This document shows, one piece after another, positions 29,122 through 38,699 of a stretch of DNA of 55,656 nucleotides. How positions within the stretch are numbered: position 1 is the stretch's first letter; each line of letters opens with the position of its first letter. Both the position numbers and the translations under genes were made by a program. The stretch covers positions 1 through 55,656 of the forward strand of contig CALAGF010000377.1 in NCBI GenBank assembly GCA_937892345.1, given 5' to 3'. The notes under the pieces were generated by a model. The model worked only from the letters and a program-made list of their open reading frames with translations, did no database searches and had not been told where the DNA came from. The stretch comes from an uncultured Rhodocyclaceae bacterium. GTDB lineage: Bacteria > Pseudomonadota > Gammaproteobacteria > Burkholderiales > Rhodocyclaceae.

Positions 29122-29756
29122 AACATTACCTCTCTCTCTTGCTGCTTCTACCCTGCCTGAGCGTCAATGCGGCTTCCCTGCACAGCTATGCTTGTGACGA
29201 TGGCAGCTCACTGCAAATTCGCTTCGCAACAACGGTCAACCACGATAGCGAGGCCATTTTGAACCTGCCCGGTGGCGAATTCAGCCTGCCGCAGATTCGT
29301 GCAGCATCGGGCGTGCATTACCAGCGCGGCCCGATCAGCCTGTGGATCAAAGGTCAGGAGGCCCTGGTCGAAACCGCTAACAGCACCCGGCGCTGCAAGA
29401 CGAAGCAGCTCTTGAGCAGCTTTATCGACATTCAGGGAAGCGTTACTTACCTGGCCCGGATTGCGCTGCCACCAGATGCCATCCTGACGATCAAAATTGA
29501 AGATGCCGCCCGAACTGACGTCCGAGCCAAAGTACTCGCCGAACAGCGCTACGAACTGGCGGGCGCGCAGGTACCGATCCCCTTCTCGGCCACCATCGAC
29601 CGCGATCTGGCCGGTCCGCGCGCACGGCTGGTGGTTTCGGCGCGAATCGATGCAGGTGGCAAGGGCCGTTTCATGGCCCGTCAACCCTATCGCCCGCTGC
29701 CCGGTCACGAGGCCGGCATTGACCTGATTCTCAAGCCGTTCAACTCACCCCGCTGA
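29118..29756 (+). CDS. Exported MliC/PliC-like plus YbaY (YscW-like) fusion protein
   Basis: Signal peptide; [26 protein letters not shown] (MliC-like); [21 protein letters not shown] (YbaY-like); ATGA overlap with bpt. Confidence 0.75.
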   Translation: MKHYLSLLLLLPCLSVNAASLHSYACDDGSSLQIRFATTVNHDSEAILNLPGGEFSLPQIRAASGVHYQRGPISLWIKGQEALVETANSTRRCKTKQLLSSFIDIQGSVTYLARIALPPDAILTIKIEDAARTDVRAKVLAEQRYELAGAQVPIPFSATIDRDLAGPRARLVVSARIDAGGKGRFMARQPYRPLPGHEAGIDLILKPFNSPR

Positions 29757-29825
29757 ACCCCGCAATTTTCCCCGGCCGAACACGCACTGATATGCTGTCG
29801 GCCCTTGCCCGATGGAGAAATTCCC

Positions 29826-30419
29826 ATGCGTTTTCGCCTTTTTGCCCTGATTGCCCTGTTGACCGCACTCCTGTCCGGATGCGGCTATAACCAGGTGCAG
29901 ATCAACGACGAGGATGTCAATTCGGCCTGGTCCGAAGTGCTCAACCAATACCAGCGCCGCGCTGACCTGATTCCCAATCTGGTGGCCACGGTCCAAGGCT
30001 ATGCTGCACACGAAAAAGCGGTGCTGACACAAGTGACCGAGGCCCGCGCCAGCGTCGCGGGGATCAAGGCCACCCCGGAACTGATCAACGACGAAGCGGC
30101 TTTTGCCAAATTCCAGAAAGCCCAGGCAGAAATGAGCAGTGCCCTGGCGCGCTTGCTCGTGGTTTCGGAAAACTATCCGCAACTCAAGGCCGATGCCAAT
30201 TTCCGGGATTTGCAAGCGCAACTGGAGGGCACGGAAAACCGCGTCACCGTCGCGCGCAACCGTTACATCGCCGCCGTCCGGACCTACAACGTGTCGGTGC
30301 GAACCTTCCCGAACAATCTGACGGCCATGGTCTTCGGCTGGAAGCCCAAACCGAACTTCTCGGTGGAAAACGAAAAGGCCATCTCCAGCGCCCCCACTGT
30401 CAAGTTCGACAGCAAGTAA
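29826..30419 (+). CDS. lemA: LemA family lipoprotein
   Basis: LSGCGYN, QYQRRADLIPNLV, YPQLKAD.NF..LQ.QLEGTENR. Confidence 0.93.
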   Translation: MRFRLFALIALLTALLSGCGYNQVQINDEDVNSAWSEVLNQYQRRADLIPNLVATVQGYAAHEKAVLTQVTEARASVAGIKATPELINDEAAFAKFQKAQAEMSSALARLLVVSENYPQLKADANFRDLQAQLEGTENRVTVARNRYIAAVRTYNVSVRTFPNNLTAMVFGWKPKPNFSVENEKAISSAPTVKFDSK

Positions 30420-30423
30420 GCCG

Positions 30424-31248
30424 GTGTTGCGCTGCTTGCTGATCCTCTGGCTCGCCCTGCTGCCACTGCACGGACGAGCCGAGGGACCGATCCCGCTGCC
30501 GGCGCTCACCGCCGCCGTCACTGATCTCACCGGCACCCTCGCCGCCAGCGACAAGGCGGCGCTCGAAGCCAATCTGCAAGCATTCAACGAGGCCAGCGGT
30601 TCCCAGATCGTCATCCTGATTGTCCCTGCCACCGCACCGGAAAGTATCGAGCAATTCAGTATCCGGCTTGCCGAGTCCTGGAAAATCGGGCGCAAGCAAC
30701 TGGATGATGGCGTGATCGTGATTGTGGCCAAGAACGAGCGGCGCATGCGCATCGAAGTCGGTTACGGACTGGAAGGGGCCATTCCGGACGCCACTGCCAA
30801 ACGTCTCATCGACGAATATATGGCCCCCGCATTCCGTCAGGGCGATTTTGCGGGTGGACTGCGGTCGACCGTAGCAATGTTGCAAAAACGCATCCGCGGC
30901 GAGGCACTGCCGCCCCCGAAGGCAAGCACGCAGGAAAACGAGATTGATAGCGAAGGTCTGTTGCTTGGCGTCATCGCACTTGCCGGCATCGCCCGTTCAC
31001 TGTTTGGCCTTGCTGGCTCGCTTGCTGTAGCTGCCGTGGCAGGTGGACTGGCGTGGTTTGCCTTCAGTTCGGTCATTGCCGTCGTGATCGCCAGCGTGCT
31101 CGCCTTCTTCGCCTCTTTCATGCGTTTTGGCCAAGGCGGTGGTCAGTGGAGCAGCAGCGGCCGCAGTCATCGCGGTGGCGGATTGGGAGGCGGATTCCGT
31201 GGCGGCGGTGGCGGCTTTGGCGGCGGCGGCGCCTCGGGAGGATGGTGA
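30424..31248 (+). CDS. TPM-domain (YgcG-like) membrane protein
   Basis: VTDLTGTL, WKIGRK..DDGV, RIEVGYGLEGAIPD, Gly-rich tail FGGGGASGGW. Confidence 0.9.
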   Translation: MLRCLLILWLALLPLHGRAEGPIPLPALTAAVTDLTGTLAASDKAALEANLQAFNEASGSQIVILIVPATAPESIEQFSIRLAESWKIGRKQLDDGVIVIVAKNERRMRIEVGYGLEGAIPDATAKRLIDEYMAPAFRQGDFAGGLRSTVAMLQKRIRGEALPPPKASTQENEIDSEGLLLGVIALAGIARSLFGLAGSLAVAAVAGGLAWFAFSSVIAVVIASVLAFFASFMRFGQGGGQWSSSGRSHRGGGLGGGFRGGGGGFGGGGASGGW

Positions 31249-31249
31249 G

Positions 31250-31750
31250 ATGAAGCTGTTGCGTACGCTAAAACACCTTTCAGCTGCGAGCCGCCGCGTG
31301 CGCCGCACCCTGAGCGATGCCGACCTGGACGAGATCACGGCGGCCATCGCACAGGGCGAAGCGACCCATCGCGGAGAAATCCGCGTCATCATTGAAGGGC
31401 CATTACCCTGGGGAGTGCTGTGGCGCGATGAAAGTTGCCGCCAGCGCGCCGAACAACTCTTTCAGTCCTGTGGTGTGAGCCAGACCCGCGACGCCAGCGG
31501 CATCCTGCTTTACATTCAGTTGATCGAGCGACGCGTTGAAATTCTCGCTGACCGGGGGATTGATGCCTGTATCGCGCAATCCGAGTGGGACGCTCTGTGC
31601 CGGTTAATGGAAGGGGCTTTTGCCGCCGGCGATTTTAAAAAAGGCCTTCTCGATGCCGTCGACCGGGTGAATTTTCTGCTTGCAGCACATTTCCCCACGG
31701 ATGCCAGAGGGAATCCGGACGAACTCGAAAATCCGCCCTTGATTCTCTGA
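31250..31750 (+). CDS. TPM-domain protein (second lemA-operon member)
   Basis: EATHRGEIRVIIE, GILLYIQL.ERRVEILADRG, NPDELEN; start ATG 31250. Confidence 0.85.
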   Translation: MKLLRTLKHLSAASRRVRRTLSDADLDEITAAIAQGEATHRGEIRVIIEGPLPWGVLWRDESCRQRAEQLFQSCGVSQTRDASGILLYIQLIERRVEILADRGIDACIAQSEWDALCRLMEGAFAAGDFKKGLLDAVDRVNFLLAAHFPTDARGNPDELENPPLIL

Positions 31751-31861
31751 AAAACATCAAAGAATCATCATATTATGAAATATTAACTTTATTTCACATC
31801 AAAGCCGCAAAACCCGGACAAGGCAAAAATCCCGAGCATTCAAGTCTCCGAGTCTTGCACG

Positions 31862-32335
31862 ATGCGCACTCTTCTCGCCGGTTTTCTGCTGCTCTTGTCG
31901 AGCCCCTTTGCCTGGTCACAAATCCTGTTGGGAGAACAGCCCATCCATGACGCAGCTCGCCGCGACAACGGCAAAGGAATTCAGCGCTTGTTGAGCGCAT
32001 CCCCCGAACTACGCGACCTCAAAACGGCGCAAGGATCACAGCCGATCCATCTTGCAGCCATGAATCCCGATATCAGCGCGCTACGCACCCTGATATCCGC
32101 CGGTGCCATGGTCAACGCGCGTGACAACGAGGGCGCCACGCCGCTCCACATGGCGGCCTATGCCAGCCGTGCCGCGCATGCACAGTTACTGCTCGAAGCG
32201 GGGGCAGATCCCATGGCCAAAACTGACAACGGGCGTGACCCTACGGCCATGGCGCGCAAGGTCAAAGCCGATGAAGCCGCTGGCGTGATTTCACTGTGGA
32301 TTTTAAAGGGCTGCAAGGCGGGCAAACCATGTTGA
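31862..32335 (+). CDS. Exported ankyrin-repeat protein
   Basis: Signal peptide; QPIHDAA, QPIHLAA, GATPLHMAA..LLLEAGAD. Confidence 0.85.
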   Translation: MRTLLAGFLLLLSSPFAWSQILLGEQPIHDAARRDNGKGIQRLLSASPELRDLKTAQGSQPIHLAAMNPDISALRTLISAGAMVNARDNEGATPLHMAAYASRAAHAQLLLEAGADPMAKTDNGRDPTAMARKVKADEAAGVISLWILKGCKAGKPC

Positions 32336-32826
32336 AATACCTGCTCCCGATTTTCCTCTTGGGCTGCTATGCAAGCGCCCAAGCCGATGCCTTGCCGACG
32401 ATGTCGGTCTACACCCCGAAAGTTTGCCTCGCCTGCATCGACTGGACGGAGCATTTACGTAAAAACGGATTCACCGTCACCGTATCGCAACACAGCGAAA
32501 GCGAAATGGCCGAGATCAAGCGGCGGCTCAGGATTCCCGCCGATCTCCAGTCCATCCCCAGCGCCGAGATCGCGGGCTATTTCATTGAAGGACATGTCCA
32601 TGCCGATCAAATCAAGGAGCTGTTGCAAGAACGGCCCAAGGCCCGCGGCTTGAGCGTACCCGGATTGCCGCTCGGCGCACCGGGCAGGGAATACTCCAGT
32701 CCAACCTGTCAGACAGCATGTACTGTGCTCGACACGGAATCCGCGGGCTACCGCGTTCGCCGGGAGTTGTACGAAACCCTGCTGGTTCTGCCCGATGGCG
32801 GCACCAAAACTTGGGCACGCCATTAG
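32329..32826 (+). CDS. DUF411/CopG-like periplasmic metal-binding protein, divergent
   Basis: VY....CLAC..W..HL..NGF, GYFIEGHV, GLSVPGLPLGAPG. Confidence 0.75.
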   Translation: MLKYLLPIFLLGCYASAQADALPTMSVYTPKVCLACIDWTEHLRKNGFTVTVSQHSESEMAEIKRRLRIPADLQSIPSAEIAGYFIEGHVHADQIKELLQERPKARGLSVPGLPLGAPGREYSSPTCQTACTVLDTESAGYRVRRELYETLLVLPDGGTKTWARH

Positions 32827-32829
32827 CGC

Positions 32830-34092
32830 TCAGAGAAAATCATCCGCAAGCCGCGCAAGCCATTCCGCCCACGCCTGCGAGTAGTCTTCCGTTCGGGACT
32901 GGATGACCTCCTGCATTAAAAATCCATCACCCCGCTCGCGGTAACGCGTTTCTATCCTGACCCCGGAAGCGCCAGCAGCATCCGGCTGCACGTGACAAAC
33001 GCTCTCTGGAAGTTCGCGCTCGTAGTGCTGACCTGAAATCGCGGCAGCAACCTGTGCGGCGGCAATTCGCCCCATGGATGCCGCCAAATGCCCGGTTTTC
33101 GGATACTGGCCAAACAGCGAGGAAACCATGCCCACCGCGTCGCCAATAACCCAGATGCGCTCATCCAGACGCGAACGAAAATCCAGCGCCCCGACATCCG
33201 CCCAGGCATCGGCTTGACCACTCTGCGGATTGGTCCGGATCAGGCCGGCATCCCAGACCAGTTGGGCAGCCTGCTGTGGTGGGCTGAGCAGGGCAGCATC
33301 GAAGGCAATTTCGTCGACGTCCGTGCTGACAGTGTTACGCGTCAAGTCAAGCTGACGAACGTGAGCATGGTCCAGATAAGTCACCTGATCCCGAAAGGTT
33401 TCAAGTAGCGGCCGACGATACAACGGCATCAGGGGATTGGGATCAATCACAATCAGCCGGGCCGGCAGGCGCCGCGCCTTGATCCAGGCAGCCAGCATGA
33501 CCGCCCGTTCGTAGGGCGCTGGCGGGCAACGATACGGAAGCGGCGGAATGTTCATGACCAGAGCCCCGCCCTCGAATCTTGCCAAGCGCTGCTTCAAGCG
33601 GGGCAAGGCATGAGCATCATCCATACTCGCCCAGCAGGTTTGCCGGAAACGGGCCTCCATCTCACGGTCGACCACGCCCCAAGCGGCAAAATCCTCGCGA
33701 ATCCCCGGCCCGAGAATCAGATAGTCATACGATATTTCCCGCTGATCCAGGAGCACAAGCTGGCGCGCCCGATCAATCCCTCGCACCGAGCCGCGCACAA
33801 AGCGGTAACCGTACCTGCCCGCCAGTGCGGCATACTCCCGCACGAAAGGCTGACTAGCATCAGGAGCAAGCAGCCAAGCATTGCTGCCTGAAAAAGAGAC
33901 AAAGTCGGCATGGCGGTCAATCAGGACAATGTCCGCCTTCGGCAACAGACGGCGCAAGCGCGCCGCGGCCGACAAGCCGCCCCAGCCGCCACCCAGCACA
34001 ACAACCCTGACGGTGGCTGCACGCACCGGCAGGTGCAGCGATCCCAAACCGCTGGCGAGCAGAAAATGACGGCGACGCAAACTGAAAGTCAT
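32830..34092 (-). CDS. Tat-exported flavoprotein, flavocytochrome c sulfide dehydrogenase (FccB/SoxF)-like
   Basis: RRHFL Tat motif, VVVLGGGWGG, YDYLILGPG, PYRCPPAPYERA, VIGDA, PKTG. Confidence 0.8.
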   Translation of the reverse strand: MTFSLRRRHFLLASGLGSLHLPVRAATVRVVVLGGGWGGLSAAARLRRLLPKADIVLIDRHADFVSFSGSNAWLLAPDASQPFVREYAALAGRYGYRFVRGSVRGIDRARQLVLLDQREISYDYLILGPGIREDFAAWGVVDREMEARFRQTCWASMDDAHALPRLKQRLARFEGGALVMNIPPLPYRCPPAPYERAVMLAAWIKARRLPARLIVIDPNPLMPLYRRPLLETFRDQVTYLDHAHVRQLDLTRNTVSTDVDEIAFDAALLSPPQQAAQLVWDAGLIRTNPQSGQADAWADVGALDFRSRLDERIWVIGDAVGMVSSLFGQYPKTGHLAASMGRIAAAQVAAAISGQHYERELPESVCHVQPDAAGASGVRIETRYRERGDGFLMQEVIQSRTEDYSQAWAEWLARLADDFL

Positions 34093-35309
34093 TGGTAGCG
34101 CAAAGCTTCGATCGGATCGAGTTGTGCGGCCTTGCGCGCCGGATACCAGCCGAAGAAAATGCCCACGCCTGCAGCTACCGCAAAAGCGAGTACCGCCGCC
34201 GCGCCGGAAATCACCACCACCATGCCGGTAAAGAAATTGATCGCCAGGGCGATGCCAAGACCAATCATCAGGCCGAGCAGGCAGCCGGCAAATGAAATCA
34301 TCACCGCTTCAAGCAGGAACTGGGTGAGGATGTCGCGCTGACGGGCGCCGATGGCCATCCGGATACCGATTTCCCGGGTTCGCTCAGTGACCGACACCAG
34401 CATGATGTTCATGATGCCAATCCCCCCCACCAACAACGAGATCGAGGCGATTGCTCCCAGCAGGATCGACATGGTGCGAGTGGTTGCGGCTTCCGACTCG
34501 GCAGCAGCAGAGAGATTGCGCATGAAGAAATCGCTGGGCATATCCTCGCGCAATCGATGTCGCTGACGGAGCAGGGATTCGGTCTGTGCCATGGCCTGCG
34601 GCATGGCTTCAGCGGAATCTGCCTGTACCATCACCATGCGTACCGAACCCAGGAAAGGGGTACCAAAAACCTTGCGCTGCGCAGTAGTCAGCGGAATGAT
34701 CACCGTATCGTCCTGGTCGCGGCCATCAAGATTTTGCCCTTTGCTGCCCAGTACACCGATGACAATGAACGGATTTTGCTGAATCCGCAGCGTCTTGCCG
34801 ACCGGGCTTTCCGCGCCGAACAAATTTTCCGCGACCGTCTTGCCCAGCACTGCAACACGCGTTGCCGAGCGCACATCCGAATCCCCAAAGCCGGCGCCGT
34901 CGACAATATTCCAGGCGCGAGAATCCAGGTAGGCCGGCGTAGTACCGATCACCTGCGAACTCCAGTTTTGTGCGCCATACACCAGTTGCCGCGTTCCCAT
35001 ATGAGTCGGCGCCACATTGGCGATCCCGTCCAACTCGGCAATCGCATCCGCATCGGCCACAGTCAGCGTCGGTCCGCCACCGCTCCCGCTACGCACACCG
35101 GAGGTGGTAAATGATCCTGAAAGGACGATGAACAGATTGGAACCCATGGTGCTGATCGTCTGCTGAACCGCATACTGCGCCCCCTGGCCGATGGCCAGCA
35201 TGATGACCACTGCCGCAACGCCAATCACCATCCCCAGCATGGTCAGCGCCGTACGCATGCGGTTGGCCCCCATCGCCAGCCAGGCTTCGAAGAGCATGGC
35301 GCGCATCAT
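34089..35309 (-). CDS. MacB/FtsX-type ABC permease
   Basis: RTALTMLGMVIGVAAV, LLVGGIGIMNIMLVSVTERTREIGIR, LDPIEALRY. Confidence 0.93.
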   Translation of the reverse strand: MMRAMLFEAWLAMGANRMRTALTMLGMVIGVAAVVIMLAIGQGAQYAVQQTISTMGSNLFIVLSGSFTTSGVRSGSGGGPTLTVADADAIAELDGIANVAPTHMGTRQLVYGAQNWSSQVIGTTPAYLDSRAWNIVDGAGFGDSDVRSATRVAVLGKTVAENLFGAESPVGKTLRIQQNPFIVIGVLGSKGQNLDGRDQDDTVIIPLTTAQRKVFGTPFLGSVRMVMVQADSAEAMPQAMAQTESLLRQRHRLREDMPSDFFMRNLSAAAESEAATTRTMSILLGAIASISLLVGGIGIMNIMLVSVTERTREIGIRMAIGARQRDILTQFLLEAVMISFAGCLLGLMIGLGIALAINFFTGMVVVISGAAAVLAFAVAAGVGIFFGWYPARKAAQLDPIEALRYQ

Positions 35310-36004
35310 GATGCGGCCCCGGTAAGTTCATCGCTGACGATCAAGCCATCCAGAAAACGCACCTGTCGGCGGGCATGTGCCGCAATATCAGCTTCGTGCG
35401 TCACCAGCACGATGGTGATGCCCTCGCGGTTCAAATCGTCGAACAGACGCATGATTTCCTCGCTGGTATGGCTATCGAGATTGCCCGTGGGCTCATCCGC
35501 CAGGATCAGGCTCGGCGTATTAACCAGTGCGCGCGCGATCGCCACACGCTGCTGCTGGCCGCCTGAAATCCTGTTGGGCAACGATTCTGCATATTTGGCC
35601 AGTCCGACCCGGTCGAGCAAGGCACGCGCCCTCGCCCGACGGGTCTCCTTGTCGATACCGGCATACACCAGCGGCAAGGCCACGTTATCCTGAAGACTCA
35701 TGCGCGGTAGCAAATTGAATCCCTGAAAAACAAAACCCAGGGTACGGTTACGCAGAGTGGCCAATGCGTCCGTAGACAGATGGGCAACATTTTCACCCGC
35801 CAAAAAATAGTCGCCGGCGCTCGCTTGATCGAGACAGCCCAGAAGATTCATGAACGTGGACTTGCCCGACCCGGAAGGTCCCATGATCGCCAGATACTCG
35901 CCGGCATTGACCACGAGGTCGACACCCCGCAACGCGGGGAACTCCCCGGCAACGGTCTGGTAAGCCTTGGCCAGACCCTGAACGCGGATGACCTGTTGCG
36001 GCAT
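35306..36004 (-). CDS. MacB/LolD-type ABC ATP-binding protein
   Basis: GPSGSGKST, GFVFQ.FNLL, SGGQQQRVAIARAL, ADEPTGNLD. Confidence 0.94.
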   Translation of the reverse strand: MPQQVIRVQGLAKAYQTVAGEFPALRGVDLVVNAGEYLAIMGPSGSGKSTFMNLLGCLDQASAGDYFLAGENVAHLSTDALATLRNRTLGFVFQGFNLLPRMSLQDNVALPLVYAGIDKETRRARARALLDRVGLAKYAESLPNRISGGQQQRVAIARALVNTPSLILADEPTGNLDSHTSEEIMRLFDDLNREGITIVLVTHEADIAAHARRQVRFLDGLIVSDELTGAAS

Positions 36005-37239
36005 CAGAACATGCGCATGCCGACGGATGACGGCTTGCCGCCAGCCTGGTTTTCGCCCGTCACAACGCGTTCACCGGCGTGAATCTCGCCTGAAATCAGT
36101 TCGGTGTTGCGGTTATCGGTAATCCCCAGTTGCACACTCACAGGGCGCAAATTCTCGCCATCGAGCACGTAGACCGTTGCATTCTGGCCGTCCTTCTTTC
36201 GACTACGTCCGCCAGTTCCCGCGCCGCCGCCATCAGCGCCCGCCCCCATCCCCGGCGCCATACCGGACATGCCAGACATGCCGGCCATTGCCGGCGCTGT
36301 CGCAGTTTTCGCAGCATCGGCGGGCTTGAAGCGCAGGGCTGCATTTGGCACCAGCAGCACATTGTCGCGCCGCTGGACGCCAATGCTCACATACGCAGTC
36401 ATCCCCGGCAGCAGGATCAATTCCGGATTGGCCACGGAAATACGCACGTTGTACGTCACCACGTTTTGCTGCGTCAGCGGATTGAGGCGAATTTGCTGAA
36501 CGACACCTTCGAAATTCCGGTTCGGAAAGGCGTCGACCGTAAACCTGGCCTTTTGGCCTTCACGGATGCTGCCAATGTCCGCCTCGGCAAAGCTGGTATC
36601 GATGCGCATCTCGGTCAGATCCTGTGCAATCTTGATCAAGGTCGGCGTCTGGAAACTCGCTGCCACCGTCTGACCGAGATCCACAACCCGATCAATCACC
36701 ACGCCGTCGACCGGCGAGCGGATCACGGTAAACCCGAGATTGGCCTGATCTCGCGCATTTTGCGCTTGAACCTGAGCCAACTGGGCGCGGGCAGATTTCA
36801 GGGCTTGCACGCTCTGATCGTATTCTTGACGCGACACATATTCCTGGGCCAGCAAGGCCTTCATCCGGCCTTCGCTGGCTATGGCCAGATCCAGGCCAGC
36901 CTTGGCATTCACGACCGTGGCTGCACTCTGGCGTTCCGTGGCGGACACCAGCGCATCGTCCAGTTCAAGCAAGGGCTGCCCCTTTTTGACCTTGTCGTTG
37001 AAATCCACATAGAGCTTCTTGACCGTTCCCGAAACCTGCGTCCCGACACTGATCAAGACCACCGGATTCAAGGTGCCATTGGCAGAAACTGTCTGCACTA
37101 CGTTCCCTGTCGTCAGTTCGAGCAGCTTGTAGCGTTTTTCCGGATCCTGCGTATTGCCCTGGCGAAAATACCAGTACCCCCCCGCAGCCAGTCCAACGAT
37201 CAACAAAGCCAACAGCCCGCGCATTCCAGTTTTTTTCAT
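36004..37239 (-). CDS. MacA-type periplasmic adaptor (membrane fusion protein)
   Basis: VGTQVSG, IRSPVDGVV, GQTVAASFQTPTL, EADIG, LLPGMTA, VPNAALRF. Confidence 0.92.
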   Translation of the reverse strand: MKKTGMRGLLALLIVGLAAGGYWYFRQGNTQDPEKRYKLLELTTGNVVQTVSANGTLNPVVLISVGTQVSGTVKKLYVDFNDKVKKGQPLLELDDALVSATERQSAATVVNAKAGLDLAIASEGRMKALLAQEYVSRQEYDQSVQALKSARAQLAQVQAQNARDQANLGFTVIRSPVDGVVIDRVVDLGQTVAASFQTPTLIKIAQDLTEMRIDTSFAEADIGSIREGQKARFTVDAFPNRNFEGVVQQIRLNPLTQQNVVTYNVRISVANPELILLPGMTAYVSIGVQRRDNVLLVPNAALRFKPADAAKTATAPAMAGMSGMSGMAPGMGAGADGGGAGTGGRSRKKDGQNATVYVLDGENLRPVSVQLGITDNRNTELISGEIHAGERVVTGENQAGGKPSSVGMRMF

Positions 37240-38612
37240 GGTTGTCCTTCTGCTGCCTGCAACAGCGAGTAATCCAGCGTCCCCATCGCCTGCGCCAGCA
37301 CGGCGCGATAAACACGCCAGTCCAGTTCCGACTGAATCCGCTGGACGCGGGCATAGGCCAGCGCCGTTTGCGCCGTCAGCAAATCAAGAACGTTGCCAAC
37401 CCCCGCCTTGTATCGGCCCAGCGCCACACCGGCGGACTGCTCTGCGCTGGCCAGCAAATCCTGCGTGGCCTGCAGGCTTTGTGTTGCCGTCGTCAAATTC
37501 TGGTAAGCCTTCCAGACATCGAGCGCCACCTGCTGACGAATCCGGTCGTACTGAGCCGTCCTGAGCTCGGCTTGCGCCTCAGCCGAACGCACCCGGTAAC
37601 GGGTATCGAATCCGGAAAAAATGGGCAGCTTGAGCGTCAAACCCAGGGCGCCACCGTGCGCCTCTGTACCGGCAAGGCTTTGCCAGCCCGGACCTGCCGA
37701 CAATGAAATACTGGGGCGTCCCTGCGCCCGCGCCGCGTTGATTGCCGCATTGGCAGCCTGTGCTTGCGCCGCGGCAGCCTTCAGGTCCGGACGACTTTCC
37801 TGGGCTGTCTCGATCATCTGCTCCACAGCAAGTGAAAACGCCTTGGTTGCCGGTGGCGCGGGCAAGGCAGCCAGTTGGAGTACCTGCTGTGCAGGCAAGC
37901 CCAAAGCATTGGATAGCGCCCCCATCGCATTTCTCGCCTCGCCTTCTGCCCGCAGTCGGTCGAGCATGGCTTGAGAAGCTGCCGTCTTGGCCTGCAATCG
38001 GTCAGCGGGAGTCGCCGTGCCCACTTGGTAGCGCAATTCTGCTGCAGCCAGACTTTCATTGGCAGCACGCTCAGCGTCCTGCCGTGCCAATACGGCTGCC
38101 TGCGCAGCCTGAGCTGCGTAATACGCTTGCAATGCACCAAGGAAAATCGTCTGGACGCCGGCATCTTGCGTCGCCAGCGCGGCATCCAGCAGATAGGAGG
38201 ATGCGGCAATATTGGCAGAACGCTGTCCGGAATCGAAGAGCAGCCAGCTGAGATCAATGCCGGCCGTTTTCTGGCTGTAATCACCGTTACGCGCAAACTG
38301 GCGCGTGAGCCCGACACGGCCATCCAGCGATGGCCATTGTGTGGCCCTTGCCACCCCCAGCAAGGCCGCCTGGTTACGGGCTGCAGCCCACAGTTCGCGG
38401 GTTTGCGGGTGTCGACACAAGGCCATATCGACAGCATCCAGCACCGCGAGAGGTGCATCCGGCAGTTGATCAGTACATGGGAGACTGCCGACCCGCGAAG
38501 CCAATACCCGGGAAGAACGCAATAATTGTTCCGGATCGCCGGGAGGGAGATCAAACGCCGAAGCGACAGGGATGACTGCGGTCAACGCGCAGAAACAGGC
38601 AAAAATACGCAT
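37236..38612 (-). CDS. TolC-family outer membrane efflux protein
   Basis: Two OEP-type repeats, RYQVG and RYKAGVG.VLDLL; heads the adaptor/ABC operon. Confidence 0.9.
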   Translation of the reverse strand: MRIFACFCALTAVIPVASAFDLPPGDPEQLLRSSRVLASRVGSLPCTDQLPDAPLAVLDAVDMALCRHPQTRELWAAARNQAALLGVARATQWPSLDGRVGLTRQFARNGDYSQKTAGIDLSWLLFDSGQRSANIAASSYLLDAALATQDAGVQTIFLGALQAYYAAQAAQAAVLARQDAERAANESLAAAELRYQVGTATPADRLQAKTAASQAMLDRLRAEGEARNAMGALSNALGLPAQQVLQLAALPAPPATKAFSLAVEQMIETAQESRPDLKAAAAQAQAANAAINAARAQGRPSISLSAGPGWQSLAGTEAHGGALGLTLKLPIFSGFDTRYRVRSAEAQAELRTAQYDRIRQQVALDVWKAYQNLTTATQSLQATQDLLASAEQSAGVALGRYKAGVGNVLDLLTAQTALAYARVQRIQSELDWRVYRAVLAQAMGTLDYSLLQAAEGQP

Positions 38613-38619
38613 GGGCGGC

Positions 38620-38625
38620 AGTGTA
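38620..38625 (-). promoter_or_regulatory. -10 element (TACACT) 7 nt before the tolC ATG, leaderless-type
   Basis: Minus strand TACACT-GCCGCCC-ATG with no SD. Confidence 0.45.
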
Positions 38626-38699
38626 GCGCCTGAATTTGATGCGCGATGTTACCGTTTGTTTCAAGCGAAGCAAGGCGTTGCGGTAAAATCCCGCGCACT

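Noticed and set aside
31135-31245. GGC-rich run considered as a repeat or G-quadruplex
   Set aside because: Encodes the standard Gly-rich tail of YgcG/TPM proteins.
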